A stretch of 64,000 nt of DNA, taken from assembly GCA_963760615.1 (NCBI GenBank), contig CAVXDX010000003.1:109915-173914 (forward strand), given 5' to 3'. The position numbers and the translations under genes were made by a program. The notes under the pieces were generated by a model that saw only the letters and a list, made by a program, of their open reading frames with translations, was not told the origin of the DNA and made no database searches. Shown here one piece after another: positions 53,347 to 61,833 of this stretch. The number at the start of each line of letters is the position of its first letter. Positions within the stretch are counted from its first letter, which is position 1. The DNA is from an uncultured Candidatus Micrarchaeota archaeon (GTDB lineage: Archaea; Micrarchaeota; Micrarchaeia; Burarchaeales; Fermentimicrarchaeaceae).

Positions 53347-55312
53347 GCTCGCTCTTCTTCTCGTTGAACTCGTAAAGCTTGTTGAGGAAGCCCACTTCCT
53401 CCCCCTCCCTCCAAACCTGATCCCTCATTTTTGTCGGAATGGTGTCCTTTCCAAGCATGCCTTCAATCTCATCTGGAATTTCACCTCTGGAGCGCCAGTT
53501 CACCTCTGAGCACTGTATCACCCTTCTTTTCTTCTCGACATCTGTTGAGAGTGTTATTATTATGTCAAGCATCGATAGCATGTCGCTTGGAACCTTCATT
53601 GGCGGTCCGTGTATCCTTTTCACAACTGCAGTTCCAACCTCCTTTGAATGCAGTGTAGTCATGAAGGATATGCCCCAGTTGGCTCCTGAGAACAGCTCTC
53701 TGGCTTCACTCCCCCGGAGCTCCCCCAGCACAATTCTGTCCGGCCTCATCCTCAGGGAATTGGTTATCTGGTCCATGGAAGTTCTGAGCCTTGCAACCTC
53801 CTCGCCCTTCCTCATTGCCTCATCCTTCCTCTCCTGGTAAACCCCGATAAGCGGAATCCAGTTTATGAACTTATCATAGAATCTGAGCTCGTTTATCTCC
53901 TCCTCAACCGATATGACCCTCTCGCCTGCAGGGATGAAGACAAGCAGAGAGGAAAGAAGGGACGTCTTTCCTGTTGCAGGTGCGCCCGTGATTATCATCT
54001 GGGATTTCTTGAGCTCTATGGCCATCCAGAGGAACGCGCCAAGCTCCGCATCAACGGTTCCGGCATTCATTATCTTCGTATACGTCCAGGGGTCGCTCCC
54101 GAAGAGCCTTATGCTGGCGGTTGCGCCTGTGAGGGAAGCTGGAGCAATCTGGGCATGAAGCCTTGAACCGTCAGGAAGCTGGGCATCAACCACAGGGTGT
54201 ATCATGTCAAGCGATTTGCCAAGAGGCCTCAGAATTGCATTCATAACTTTCTTGAATGACCTGTCGCTCGTGAACCTCAGATTTGTTATGCACCTTCCAT
54301 GCTTCCTGTGGTAGACAAGAATTTCCCTCAGCGGGTGGTCAATTTCTATCTCCTCAAGATTTTCCCTGTCCCTCATCCAGAAGTACTCTATGGCGCCAAA
54401 GCCTATAGTGTCAATTGCCACTATCTCCGCTATGGACTCCTTCTTCTCCGGGTCCAGGGTCGGCTCAAGCCTGTTTAGTATATCCCTTGCTATGAGCTTG
54501 ACCTTGTTGATAGCCTTAGACCTCATCTCCAGATTGAAATACTCCGGAGGGGTGAGGAACGCCGACAGGTATTCATCGGCAACTTTCATTATTGTGAAAT
54601 GCTTCACATACTCAGCAAGCTTCCAGTCATCTGAGAACAGCTTTGGGAAGCTTATGCAGTACGTCCTCCCCAAATCCTCCACATCGAATATCTTAACCCT
54701 CCCATACTCGTCAACCAGTCTAGCATCCTTGCCCGGCGGCGGGAACTCAAGAACACCAAACGAGAAAGGAGCGGAGAACCTTTTATCTATGCTCTCCGGT
54801 GAAAGTGGCTCCCTGTATCTGATGGTGGGTATGTCCTTGCCCTCTCCTATGAAATGCGGCTCAAATCCTTTCTCATAGAACTCCTCAGATTCATGTTCTT
54901 TCTTGGCTTCTGAGATATCCTCCTCAACTTCATAGACTTCAAGAGCGCCGTGGGGGCAGAATGTAACACATATTGGGTTTGACAGCTTTAGAGAGGAGCA
55001 TAGGTCGCATTTGACGGATACCTTCATGCCCTTCTTATTCTTCTTCAGCTTTATCCCGCTGGTCTTGCATTCCGAAACGCATGCGCCGCAGCCGTCGCAT
55101 TTCTCAGGGATTACCTGTATTATGCCATTCTTGTCTATCCTGAGAGCGTTGTTCATGCACGCCTTGACGCAGACCGCATACTTCGGGTTGCATTGCGTGC
55201 AATACTGCAACTCCCCTCCCGCTATGGACAGGACTCCTTTTGGGCATACCCTTGTGCAGTAGTTGCATTGCGGTGCCTTGCACTTCTCCTCAATCCACCT
55301 AAGCTTCTTCAT
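53306..55312 (-). CDS. TadA/VirB11/ArlI-family secretion ATPase with N-terminal 4x[4Fe-4S] ferredoxin domain
   Basis: 16 Cys in four groups in residues 11-119; Walker A GAPATGKT, SVEEEINEL, LRMRPDRIVLGELRG, TTLHS. Confidence 0.88.
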   Translation of the reverse strand: MKKLRWIEEKCKAPQCNYCTRVCPKGVLSIAGGELQYCTQCNPKYAVCVKACMNNALRIDKNGIIQVIPEKCDGCGACVSECKTSGIKLKKNKKGMKVSVKCDLCSSLKLSNPICVTFCPHGALEVYEVEEDISEAKKEHESEEFYEKGFEPHFIGEGKDIPTIRYREPLSPESIDKRFSAPFSFGVLEFPPPGKDARLVDEYGRVKIFDVEDLGRTYCISFPKLFSDDWKLAEYVKHFTIMKVADEYLSAFLTPPEYFNLEMRSKAINKVKLIARDILNRLEPTLDPEKKESIAEIVAIDTIGFGAIEYFWMRDRENLEEIEIDHPLREILVYHRKHGRCITNLRFTSDRSFKKVMNAILRPLGKSLDMIHPVVDAQLPDGSRLHAQIAPASLTGATASIRLFGSDPWTYTKIMNAGTVDAELGAFLWMAIELKKSQMIITGAPATGKTSLLSSLLVFIPAGERVISVEEEINELRFYDKFINWIPLIGVYQERKDEAMRKGEEVARLRTSMDQITNSLRMRPDRIVLGELRGSEARELFSGANWGISFMTTLHSKEVGTAVVKRIHGPPMKVPSDMLSMLDIIITLSTDVEKKRRVIQCSEVNWRSRGEIPDEIEGMLGKDTIPTKMRDQVWREGEEVGFLNKLYEFNEKKSELESVRPIPLKNAE

Positions 55313-55428
55313 AAAACGACCGGGAAACACTCCTCGATATACTTTAGCTGTATAGATTTAAAATGTTGCAGGTTTAACTCAGGAAAGCTTAATATATCTC
55401 AGCGCATCAATACGCACAGGTGATTTTT

Positions 55429-55536
55429 GTGGAGGAACACCCTGAATGCGAATCTTGCCCTTTCTGCTGCTACGAGAGACCAGAGAAAGAGGAGAAGAAG
55501 CCAAAAAAGAAGAAGGCGGCTCCTAAACGACGCTGA
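55429..55536 (+). CDS. 35-aa Cys/Lys-rich micro-protein (not in track in this frame)
   Basis: MEEHPECESCPFCCYERPEKEEKKPKKKKAAPKRR; AGGTGA RBS 5 nt before GTG; TTAATATAT upstream. Confidence 0.5.
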   Translation: MEEHPECESCPFCCYERPEKEEKKPKKKKAAPKRR

Positions 55537-55996
55537 GCTGAACTGTCTTATTTATATCAAGAGAGATGGGCAGGTTGAGTGTTGCACTTACATACCACCT
55601 CACCTGAGAGGGCGCAGCCCCTAAGCCCTCCGCTATTCCAACTATGTCTGCTGCCAGTCCTTCCAGCTTTGGTGGCTCTGGCATTTTAGGCACTGTTATC
55701 TCAAACTGGTACTCCCCACTGGTATACTCCTTCTCCCCTCCGAGAGTAAGCTTGAACTCATAAACTATGTCTTTACGACTCGTTGGTCTTTCCACAGATT
55801 TATGGCTTGCAGAATCAAATGTTTGACTTTTCGTTCTCACACTCCTCTCGCCCCAAAACCTCACCCCGAGTTCCCTGGCCTTCTTGGGAGAATTAAGCTG
55901 AAGTTTTACAGTCCCCTTTATTTTGTCACCTGGCGAGTAGTTTACCTTATCCAGGGTTACATCCATTCTGCCCTCACCAATACCAAAAACCACCAA
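55523..55996 (-). CDS. Arrestin-N / SpoOM-like beta-sandwich protein
   Basis: VTLDKVNYSPGDKIKGTV, GVRFWGE, GEYQFEITVP, WYVSATLN. Confidence 0.72.
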   Translation of the reverse strand: MVVFGIGEGRMDVTLDKVNYSPGDKIKGTVKLQLNSPKKARELGVRFWGERSVRTKSQTFDSASHKSVERPTSRKDIVYEFKLTLGGEKEYTSGEYQFEITVPKMPEPPKLEGLAADIVGIAEGLGAAPSQVRWYVSATLNLPISLDINKTVQLSVV

Positions 55997-56063
55997 ATCA
56001 CCAAATAGAATTTAACGTATTATTTTTAAATATAACGCTTCAAATGATAATGGGGGTGGAATT

Positions 56064-56384
56064 ATGAAAGCGAAGGTACTTCTGCTGTTGTTAGTGCTAG
56101 GCATTGTCTCAGCACAGGTGGCTAGCACAGATGTTAGAACCACGCTATGTCCTCTTGTAACGCTCGTGAGGCAGATTGGGGTTTTCATTGCCATAGTGAT
56201 GCTCTCCTATGCCGGCATAAGCTTCATGACATCCGGCAGCGATCCAATGAGGCACAAGGAAGCAGAGAAGAGGCTCGAATATGTCATAATAGGCATATTG
56301 ATTCTCATAATGGCTTTCTACATAGTTGCAAGAATGTTCGCCGGGGTGAATGTGCTCAGCGGCGGGGACTGCCCTTGGGTCTAG
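56064..56384 (+). CDS. TrbC/VirB2-like pilin
   Basis: Signal peptide, then helix-GISFMTSGSDP...EAEKRLEYVIIG-helix pattern typical of VirB2/TrbC pilins. Confidence 0.72.
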   Translation: MKAKVLLLLLVLGIVSAQVASTDVRTTLCPLVTLVRQIGVFIAIVMLSYAGISFMTSGSDPMRHKEAEKRLEYVIIGILILIMAFYIVARMFAGVNVLSGGDCPWV

Positions 56385-56395
56385 ATTTACACGAG

Positions 56396-56878
56396 TCAGT
56401 CTAGCCGTTTTCCCATAGGTGCTTCCGCGAACTTATCCCCTATTTTCTCCTTTTCTTCGTATTCATACCCACCATGCTTTTTCAAAAAATCCTTGGACTC
56501 GCGTGTTAGAGGACTTGTAGTCATATACGTCACTCCCAGCGCCTTCAGCGTAGCCTCAGAATGTTTAAGCAGAAGCATTCCAATCCCCTCTCCCTGCCTA
56601 TGAGTTGCAACGGCGAGCTTAAGCCCATCGGCAGTTTTGGATTCCATATCTACAAAGCATTCCCTTGCGCCAACCACTTCCTTGCTTTCCCTATCAACAG
56701 CAACAAAAACTATATTCCCTTTTTTCTTTCCATAGAGCTCAAACAGGCTCCCTCCCCTAACGCCATCTTTGAAGCCGTTTTCTCTCAGTATTCTGTCTAC
56801 GTTCACTCTATCCTCTTCATGAAACTCCCTTATCTCAACATAGGCGCTAGCACCCTCTATCTTCCTGGTAGCTTCCAT
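56396..56878 (-). CDS. GNAT acetyltransferase
   Basis: LAVATHRQGEGIGMLLL (motif A), FLKKHGGY. Confidence 0.82.
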   Translation of the reverse strand: MEATRKIEGASAYVEIREFHEEDRVNVDRILRENGFKDGVRGGSLFELYGKKKGNIVFVAVDRESKEVVGARECFVDMESKTADGLKLAVATHRQGEGIGMLLLKHSEATLKALGVTYMTTSPLTRESKDFLKKHGGYEYEEKEKIGDKFAEAPMGKRLD

Positions 56879-56916
56879 GCATTAAATTGTGTCTTCTGGA
56901 CTATTTAACATTTGCG

Positions 56917-56957
56917 AGCAGGAAACCCCACGCTCTTCAGAGGTGGGAGCATGTCAC
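56917..56957 (+). mobile_element. Orphan IS200/IS605 end hairpin
   Basis: CTCTTCAGAGGTGGGA (56933-56948) identical to 24958-24973; ends GCATGTCAC, one base from the purM stop. Confidence 0.75.
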
Positions 56958-56958
56958 A

Positions 56959-57975
56959 CTATAGTGAAAAATAGGCTCCATCCTTTACAACTTCCACTTT
57001 TCTCTCTTTGATGACGTTTCCTATTAAATAAGCTTTTTGCCCGTGCTTCTCAAAAATACCAATCGTCTTCTTTACATCCCCCCTGCCCACAACCATGCAT
57101 AATCCTATCCCCATGTTAAATGTGGAGTACATCTCAGTGTAGCTCAAACCAGCCTTCCTCCTCAGCTCCTCAAAAATCGGCTTAGGTTTAGGCATGCTGT
57201 CAAGCAGGAAACCCCTCTTTGCCAGCTCTCCAATCCTGCTGAGCTTCGAGAATGCCCCGCCAGTTATATGCGCCAGGCCGTGCACTCTAAACTTTTTCAA
57301 GCATTCCATAACAGGCTTGACATATATCCTTGTTGGAGTGAGCAGCTCCCTAGCCCATTCGTTCATGTCAAGAACCTTTCTTGCAAGCGTATAACCATTG
57401 GAATGCAAGCCAGAACTCTCAACTCCAACAACCGCATCGTTTGTTTTCATCTTCTCCCCAGTCACCAGACCCCCTCTCCCAACAACTCCTATACATGTTG
57501 CCGCAAGGTCAAAACCATTTGTGCGGAACCCGCTGAAATCCAGACCAGGCTTTATCATGTCTGGCAGCACTGCAGTTTCTCCTCCAACTATTGCAACCTC
57601 AGCTTCCTTTGCACCCTCAACAAGCCCCTGCACGAGCCTGGAGACAAGCTCCTCATCCTCATGCTCAAGGGCGATGTAGTCAACAAGTGCAACTGGTCTT
57701 GCACCAACGCATATTATGTCATTCACATTCATTGCAACGCAGTCTATCCCAACTGTGTCATACTTTCTTAGAAACTGCGCAACAAGCACCTTGCTTCCCA
57801 CGCCGTCTGTATGCATTGCAATTGTCTCTTTCCCAATTTTCACAATGCCGGCATAATGGCCATGTACTGGCAGCACATCCTTCCCATGGGTTGTGGAGAT
57901 GAGTTCGTGGATTGAGGCATGGATGCCCCTGACTCTCTTCACATCAACTCCTGCCTTAGCATAGTCCATGCTCAT
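56959..57975 (-). CDS. purM: AIR synthetase PurM
   Basis: YAKAGVD, TDGVGSK, GIDCVAMNVND, GGETA, SSGLHSNGY, AHITGG, FNMGIG. Confidence 0.96.
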   Translation of the reverse strand: MSMDYAKAGVDVKRVRGIHASIHELISTTHGKDVLPVHGHYAGIVKIGKETIAMHTDGVGSKVLVAQFLRKYDTVGIDCVAMNVNDIICVGARPVALVDYIALEHEDEELVSRLVQGLVEGAKEAEVAIVGGETAVLPDMIKPGLDFSGFRTNGFDLAATCIGVVGRGGLVTGEKMKTNDAVVGVESSGLHSNGYTLARKVLDMNEWARELLTPTRIYVKPVMECLKKFRVHGLAHITGGAFSKLSRIGELAKRGFLLDSMPKPKPIFEELRRKAGLSYTEMYSTFNMGIGLCMVVGRGDVKKTIGIFEKHGQKAYLIGNVIKERKVEVVKDGAYFSL

Positions 57976-58004
57976 ACAAACACCTGAAATAACCTCGACG
58001 CTGT

Positions 58005-59345
58005 TTAAACTCTCTTCAGCTCCTTCAGCGCCTTTTCAACTATCGTTGTGGCCTCCCCAATATACGTATTCGGGTCGAATGCATTCTCAAGCTCTTTCTC
58101 ACTGAGATAGCGCATGACTTCCCTGTTCTCGCTGAGCGCCTCCCTTAGGTGCTTTCTCTCTTTGAATGCCTTTATGCTGGCATTTCTGAGAAGCTCATGC
58201 GCCTCCTGCCTACTCATCCCTTTCTGCGCTAGCAGTATCATAAGCCTCTCAGCCATTATCTGCCCCTTGCTGAGCTCTATGTTCTTTCTTATGTTCTCTG
58301 GGAAGAACTCCAGCCCCACAAGTATGTCTATCATCTCATTCAGCATGAAATTTGCAACTATGAAAGACTCCGGAATTATGAAGCGCTCATTTGCCGAGTT
58401 TGTCAAGTCTCTCTCATGCTCAAGGGGAATGTTCTCCAGCGCCACAGAAACATCTGACCTGAGCAGCCTCACAAGGCTGCATATCCTCTCGCACCTGTGG
58501 GGGTTCCTCTTGTGCGGCATTGTTGAGCTCCCAACCTGCTTCCTGCCGAATGGCTCTGCAACTTCCATTATTTCGGTTCTCTGCAGATTCCTTATCTCCT
58601 TGGCTATCTTCTCAAGCGTGCAGCCGACGAGCGCCAGCACGAATAATACTTCAGCATGCCTGTCTCTTTGCACAACTTGGTTTGTGACAAGGTCGGGCTC
58701 TACGCCTAATTCCCTCATGACATACTCCTGAATTCTGAAGCCCTCCTTCCCGAATGTTGACATTGTCCCAACAGCACCGCTCATCTTGCCAACCATCATC
58801 CTCTCCCTGGCCTGCAGGAGCCTCCGCTGGTGCCTGTCAATCTCGCTTGCATAGAGTGCGAACTTCATCCCATAGGTTGTTGGAACTGCGTGCTGCCCAT
58901 GAGTCCTTCCTATGCACACCCTTGCCTTGTTCTCCTCCGCAAGAACAAGCAGGATCTGCTTGAGATGCGCGAGCTTCCTATCAATAATCTTTATTGCATC
59001 CCTCAGTATGAGCGCGTTGGCGGTGTCTTCAATGTCATAGCTCGTAGCACCTAAGTGTACATATTTGCCGGCATCCCTGCTGCATGCCTCGCTGAGAGCC
59101 TTCACCATTGCCATCAGATCATGGTCTATCTCCCTCTCAATCTCCTTGACCCTCTCAAGCTTCACGTATTTCAGGTTGGCTTTCTTCTCAATCTCTTTGG
59201 CGGCGCCTCTTGGCACCCTGCCAACCCGCGACTGAGCTTTTGCCAGAGCACCCTCGACAGCAAGCCACTTCGCAAGTTTGTTCTCCTCATCAAATACTGC
59301 GTTCATCTCGCTTTTGTACCTCAGATCCAACGGTGAAACGGCCAT
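58005..59345 (-). CDS. purB: Adenylosuccinate lyase
   Basis: HLGATSYD, GRTHGQHA, GSSTMPHKRNP, HERDLTNS. Confidence 0.96.
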   Translation of the reverse strand: MAVSPLDLRYKSEMNAVFDEENKLAKWLAVEGALAKAQSRVGRVPRGAAKEIEKKANLKYVKLERVKEIEREIDHDLMAMVKALSEACSRDAGKYVHLGATSYDIEDTANALILRDAIKIIDRKLAHLKQILLVLAEENKARVCIGRTHGQHAVPTTYGMKFALYASEIDRHQRRLLQARERMMVGKMSGAVGTMSTFGKEGFRIQEYVMRELGVEPDLVTNQVVQRDRHAEVLFVLALVGCTLEKIAKEIRNLQRTEIMEVAEPFGRKQVGSSTMPHKRNPHRCERICSLVRLLRSDVSVALENIPLEHERDLTNSANERFIIPESFIVANFMLNEMIDILVGLEFFPENIRKNIELSKGQIMAERLMILLAQKGMSRQEAHELLRNASIKAFKERKHLREALSENREVMRYLSEKELENAFDPNTYIGEATTIVEKALKELKRV

Positions 59346-59439
59346 CCTACCACCTTCCAATAAGATGATATTCTACATATATCTTAAAACACTAATATTA
59401 TAAAATAGTAGTGGAGAAATTAGAATGGAGGTTTAGATT

Positions 59440-60090
59440 TTGAGAACTCTTAAGAATCCGCCTTATCTTCAGGTCGCATTAGACACCCCAGATATCGAGA
59501 GCGTGGAGAAAGTTGTCAGAAATCTCCCCCAGAGCAGCAGGATAATCATTGAGGCAGGAACGCCACTCATAAAAAAATATGGATGTGGAGTAGTCTCCCA
59601 GCTGAGGAAGATTAGGAATGATTCCTTCATAGTTGCAGATTTGAAGACGCTCGATGTCGGCGCACTTGAGGCGAGAATGGCGCAGGAGGCGGGTGCAGAT
59701 GCCGCCGTTGTTTCCGGTCTTGCTTTCCCTCTCACGATAAAGGAGTTCATAGAGGAGACGAAGAGGGCAGGCATATACTCCTTTGTTGACATGATGAATG
59801 TCCCAGACCCGCTCAAGGCATTGAAAGATGCCGGGGCAATTCCAGATGTGGTGCTGCTCCACAGGGGCATAGATTCGGAAGTAGTCGCAAAGCATTCATG
59901 GGATTACCTGAAAAACGTCAAGGAGAAACTTGCGGGAAAGGCTCTTGTTGGAGTTGGTGGCGGCATAGAACTTGAGCTTGCGAAAAAATCTATAGAAAAT
60001 GGAGCGGATATAGTCATAGTCGGAAGATACATCACAAAATCTCCAGATGTTGCATCTGCAGCAAATTCCATTCTGAAACTAATGGGGTGA
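59440..60090 (+). CDS. 3-hexulose-6-phosphate synthase-like (HUMPS/OMPDC family)
   Basis: LQVALD, IEAGTPLIKKYG, VADLKTLD, LHRGIDSE, IVIVGRYIT; no Fae or PHI domain. Confidence 0.85.
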   Translation: MRTLKNPPYLQVALDTPDIESVEKVVRNLPQSSRIIIEAGTPLIKKYGCGVVSQLRKIRNDSFIVADLKTLDVGALEARMAQEAGADAAVVSGLAFPLTIKEFIEETKRAGIYSFVDMMNVPDPLKALKDAGAIPDVVLLHRGIDSEVVAKHSWDYLKNVKEKLAGKALVGVGGGIELELAKKSIENGADIVIVGRYITKSPDVASAANSILKLMG

Positions 60091-60094
60091 TGAC

Positions 60095-61300
60095 TTGGGA
60101 AATGTACTAGTTGAAGAGCTTCAACAGCTGCCAGTTGAGAGAAAGATGGTGGAGGTTGTTGAGAGGAAGGGAAGAGGCCATCCGGATTCCATATGCGACG
60201 GGGCCATGAACCAGGTTTCAGTTGAGCTGAGCAAGGAATACATAAAAAGGTTCGGCCACGTGCTCCACCACAATGCAGACAAGAGCCTGCTTGCGGCAGG
60301 AAGGGCTTCACTCGCATTTGGAGGAGGCCGCATAGACGAACCAATGCTAATGGTAATGGGAGATAGGGCAACATACAAGTTTGAGGGTGTGGAAATACCC
60401 GTGCAGGAAATTGCAGAGAATGCTGCAAGGAAGTGGTTCAAGGAAAACCTCAGGTTTGTTGAGCCTGACAAGCATGTGCGCTTCCAGAACCAGCTCAGGA
60501 GGGGCTCAGCAGAGCTGACCGACATATTCAGCAGGGGGAAAGGGGTTCTCCCGGCGAACGATACGAGCGCAGCTGTGGGGTACGCCCCAATGTCAAAGCT
60601 TGAGAGGCTTGTGCTCGACACCGAGATATTCCTCAACTCCAAGGAATTCAAGAAGCAGCATCCCGAATCCGGGGAGGATATAAAAGTGATGGGGCTGAGG
60701 ACGAATGATGAGTTCCAGTTCACTGTTGCAATGGCATTTGTTGACAGGTTCATCAACTCAGAGAGCGAGTATCTGAGCAGGAAGAAAGAGATAAGCGAAG
60801 AAATTCGAGCCTTCATGGCTGAAAGAGTCGGGAAGAAATTCAAAGTTGACCTGAACACGCTGGATGCTCCCGGAAGAGGCATCAATGGCATATACCTGAC
60901 AGTGCTGGGCACGTCTGCCGAGGATGGCGATTCTGGGCAGGTTGGCAGGGGCAACAGAGTGAATGGCATCATACCTCTCAACAGGCCCATAAGCAATGAG
61001 GCTGCAGCAGGAAAGAACCCAGTGAGCCATGTGGGGAAAATCTACAACCTTCTCACCCACAGGATAGCAGGCAGAATCCACAAGGAAGTTTCCGGCATTG
61101 ATGAGGTTTATGTATGGCTGCTCAGCCAGATTGGAAAACCCATAGACAAGCCGAAGGTCATAGCAGTGCAATTCATAAAAAAAGGCAGCGCGGATTCAAA
61201 ATCAATTCCTATGGAGATTAATGAGGTTGTGGAGAAGGAGATGGATGACATCCAACTGTTCTGTAAATCCCTCATAGAGGGGGAGATACCGGTGTGCTGA
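60095..61300 (+). CDS. mat: S-adenosylmethionine synthetase, archaeal type
   Basis: VERKGRGHPDSICD, LHHNADK, ANDTS, GEDIKVMG, GTSAEDGDSGQVGRGNR, GKNPVSHVGK. Confidence 0.96.
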   Translation: MGNVLVEELQQLPVERKMVEVVERKGRGHPDSICDGAMNQVSVELSKEYIKRFGHVLHHNADKSLLAAGRASLAFGGGRIDEPMLMVMGDRATYKFEGVEIPVQEIAENAARKWFKENLRFVEPDKHVRFQNQLRRGSAELTDIFSRGKGVLPANDTSAAVGYAPMSKLERLVLDTEIFLNSKEFKKQHPESGEDIKVMGLRTNDEFQFTVAMAFVDRFINSESEYLSRKKEISEEIRAFMAERVGKKFKVDLNTLDAPGRGINGIYLTVLGTSAEDGDSGQVGRGNRVNGIIPLNRPISNEAAAGKNPVSHVGKIYNLLTHRIAGRIHKEVSGIDEVYVWLLSQIGKPIDKPKVIAVQFIKKGSADSKSIPMEINEVVEKEMDDIQLFCKSLIEGEIPVC

Positions 61301-61301
61301 T

Positions 61302-61787
61302 ATGGAATACGACTACCAGCTGCTCTACCCCCGGCAGGTTGTCCTTGCAACCAGCCAGGGAGGAGGGAAGAAAAACATAATAACACTTGGGTGGCACTGC
61401 CCGCTCTCAATCAAACCATCTCTCATAGGGATATCAGTGGGCAAGACGCGCTTCTCCCACTCGCTCATAAAGGATGGCGGGGAATTCGTGCTGTCAATCC
61501 CAACAGAGAGCATGAAGGAGAAAGTGCTGCTCATCGGAAGCAAAAGCGGCAGGGAAGTTGATAAATTCTCGGAGTTCAAGCTCACCCCTCTGCAGGCAAC
61601 AGAAGTCAAACCGCCCCTCATAAAGGAGTGCCCCATAAACATAGAGTGCAGGGTTGTCGCAGAGCTTGATGTTGGGGACCACACGCTTTTCGTAGGGGAG
61701 GTTGCCGCCTCGCATGCATCCACCCCAAAGGAAAAACTTCTCTTTGATATGGGGGGCAGGAAACTCTTTGGTATCAGAAAGAGGTAA
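61302..61787 (+). CDS. Flavin reductase-like family protein
   Basis: YPRQVVL, NIITLGW, GSKSGREVDKF, IECRV, GDHTLFVGEV. Confidence 0.9.
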   Translation: MEYDYQLLYPRQVVLATSQGGGKKNIITLGWHCPLSIKPSLIGISVGKTRFSHSLIKDGGEFVLSIPTESMKEKVLLIGSKSGREVDKFSEFKLTPLQATEVKPPLIKECPINIECRVVAELDVGDHTLFVGEVAASHASTPKEKLLFDMGGRKLFGIRKR

Positions 61788-61833
61788 CGGCAAGGATATT
61801 AAATCAGTCTCCGCAAGTCTATATGGGGGTAGA

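Noticed and set aside
55427-55624. Track ORF MWRNTLNAN... as an Arg-rich ribosomal protein
   Set aside because: No family motif, and it overlaps the arrestin gene extensively; the RBS spacing favours the GTG at 55429 in another frame
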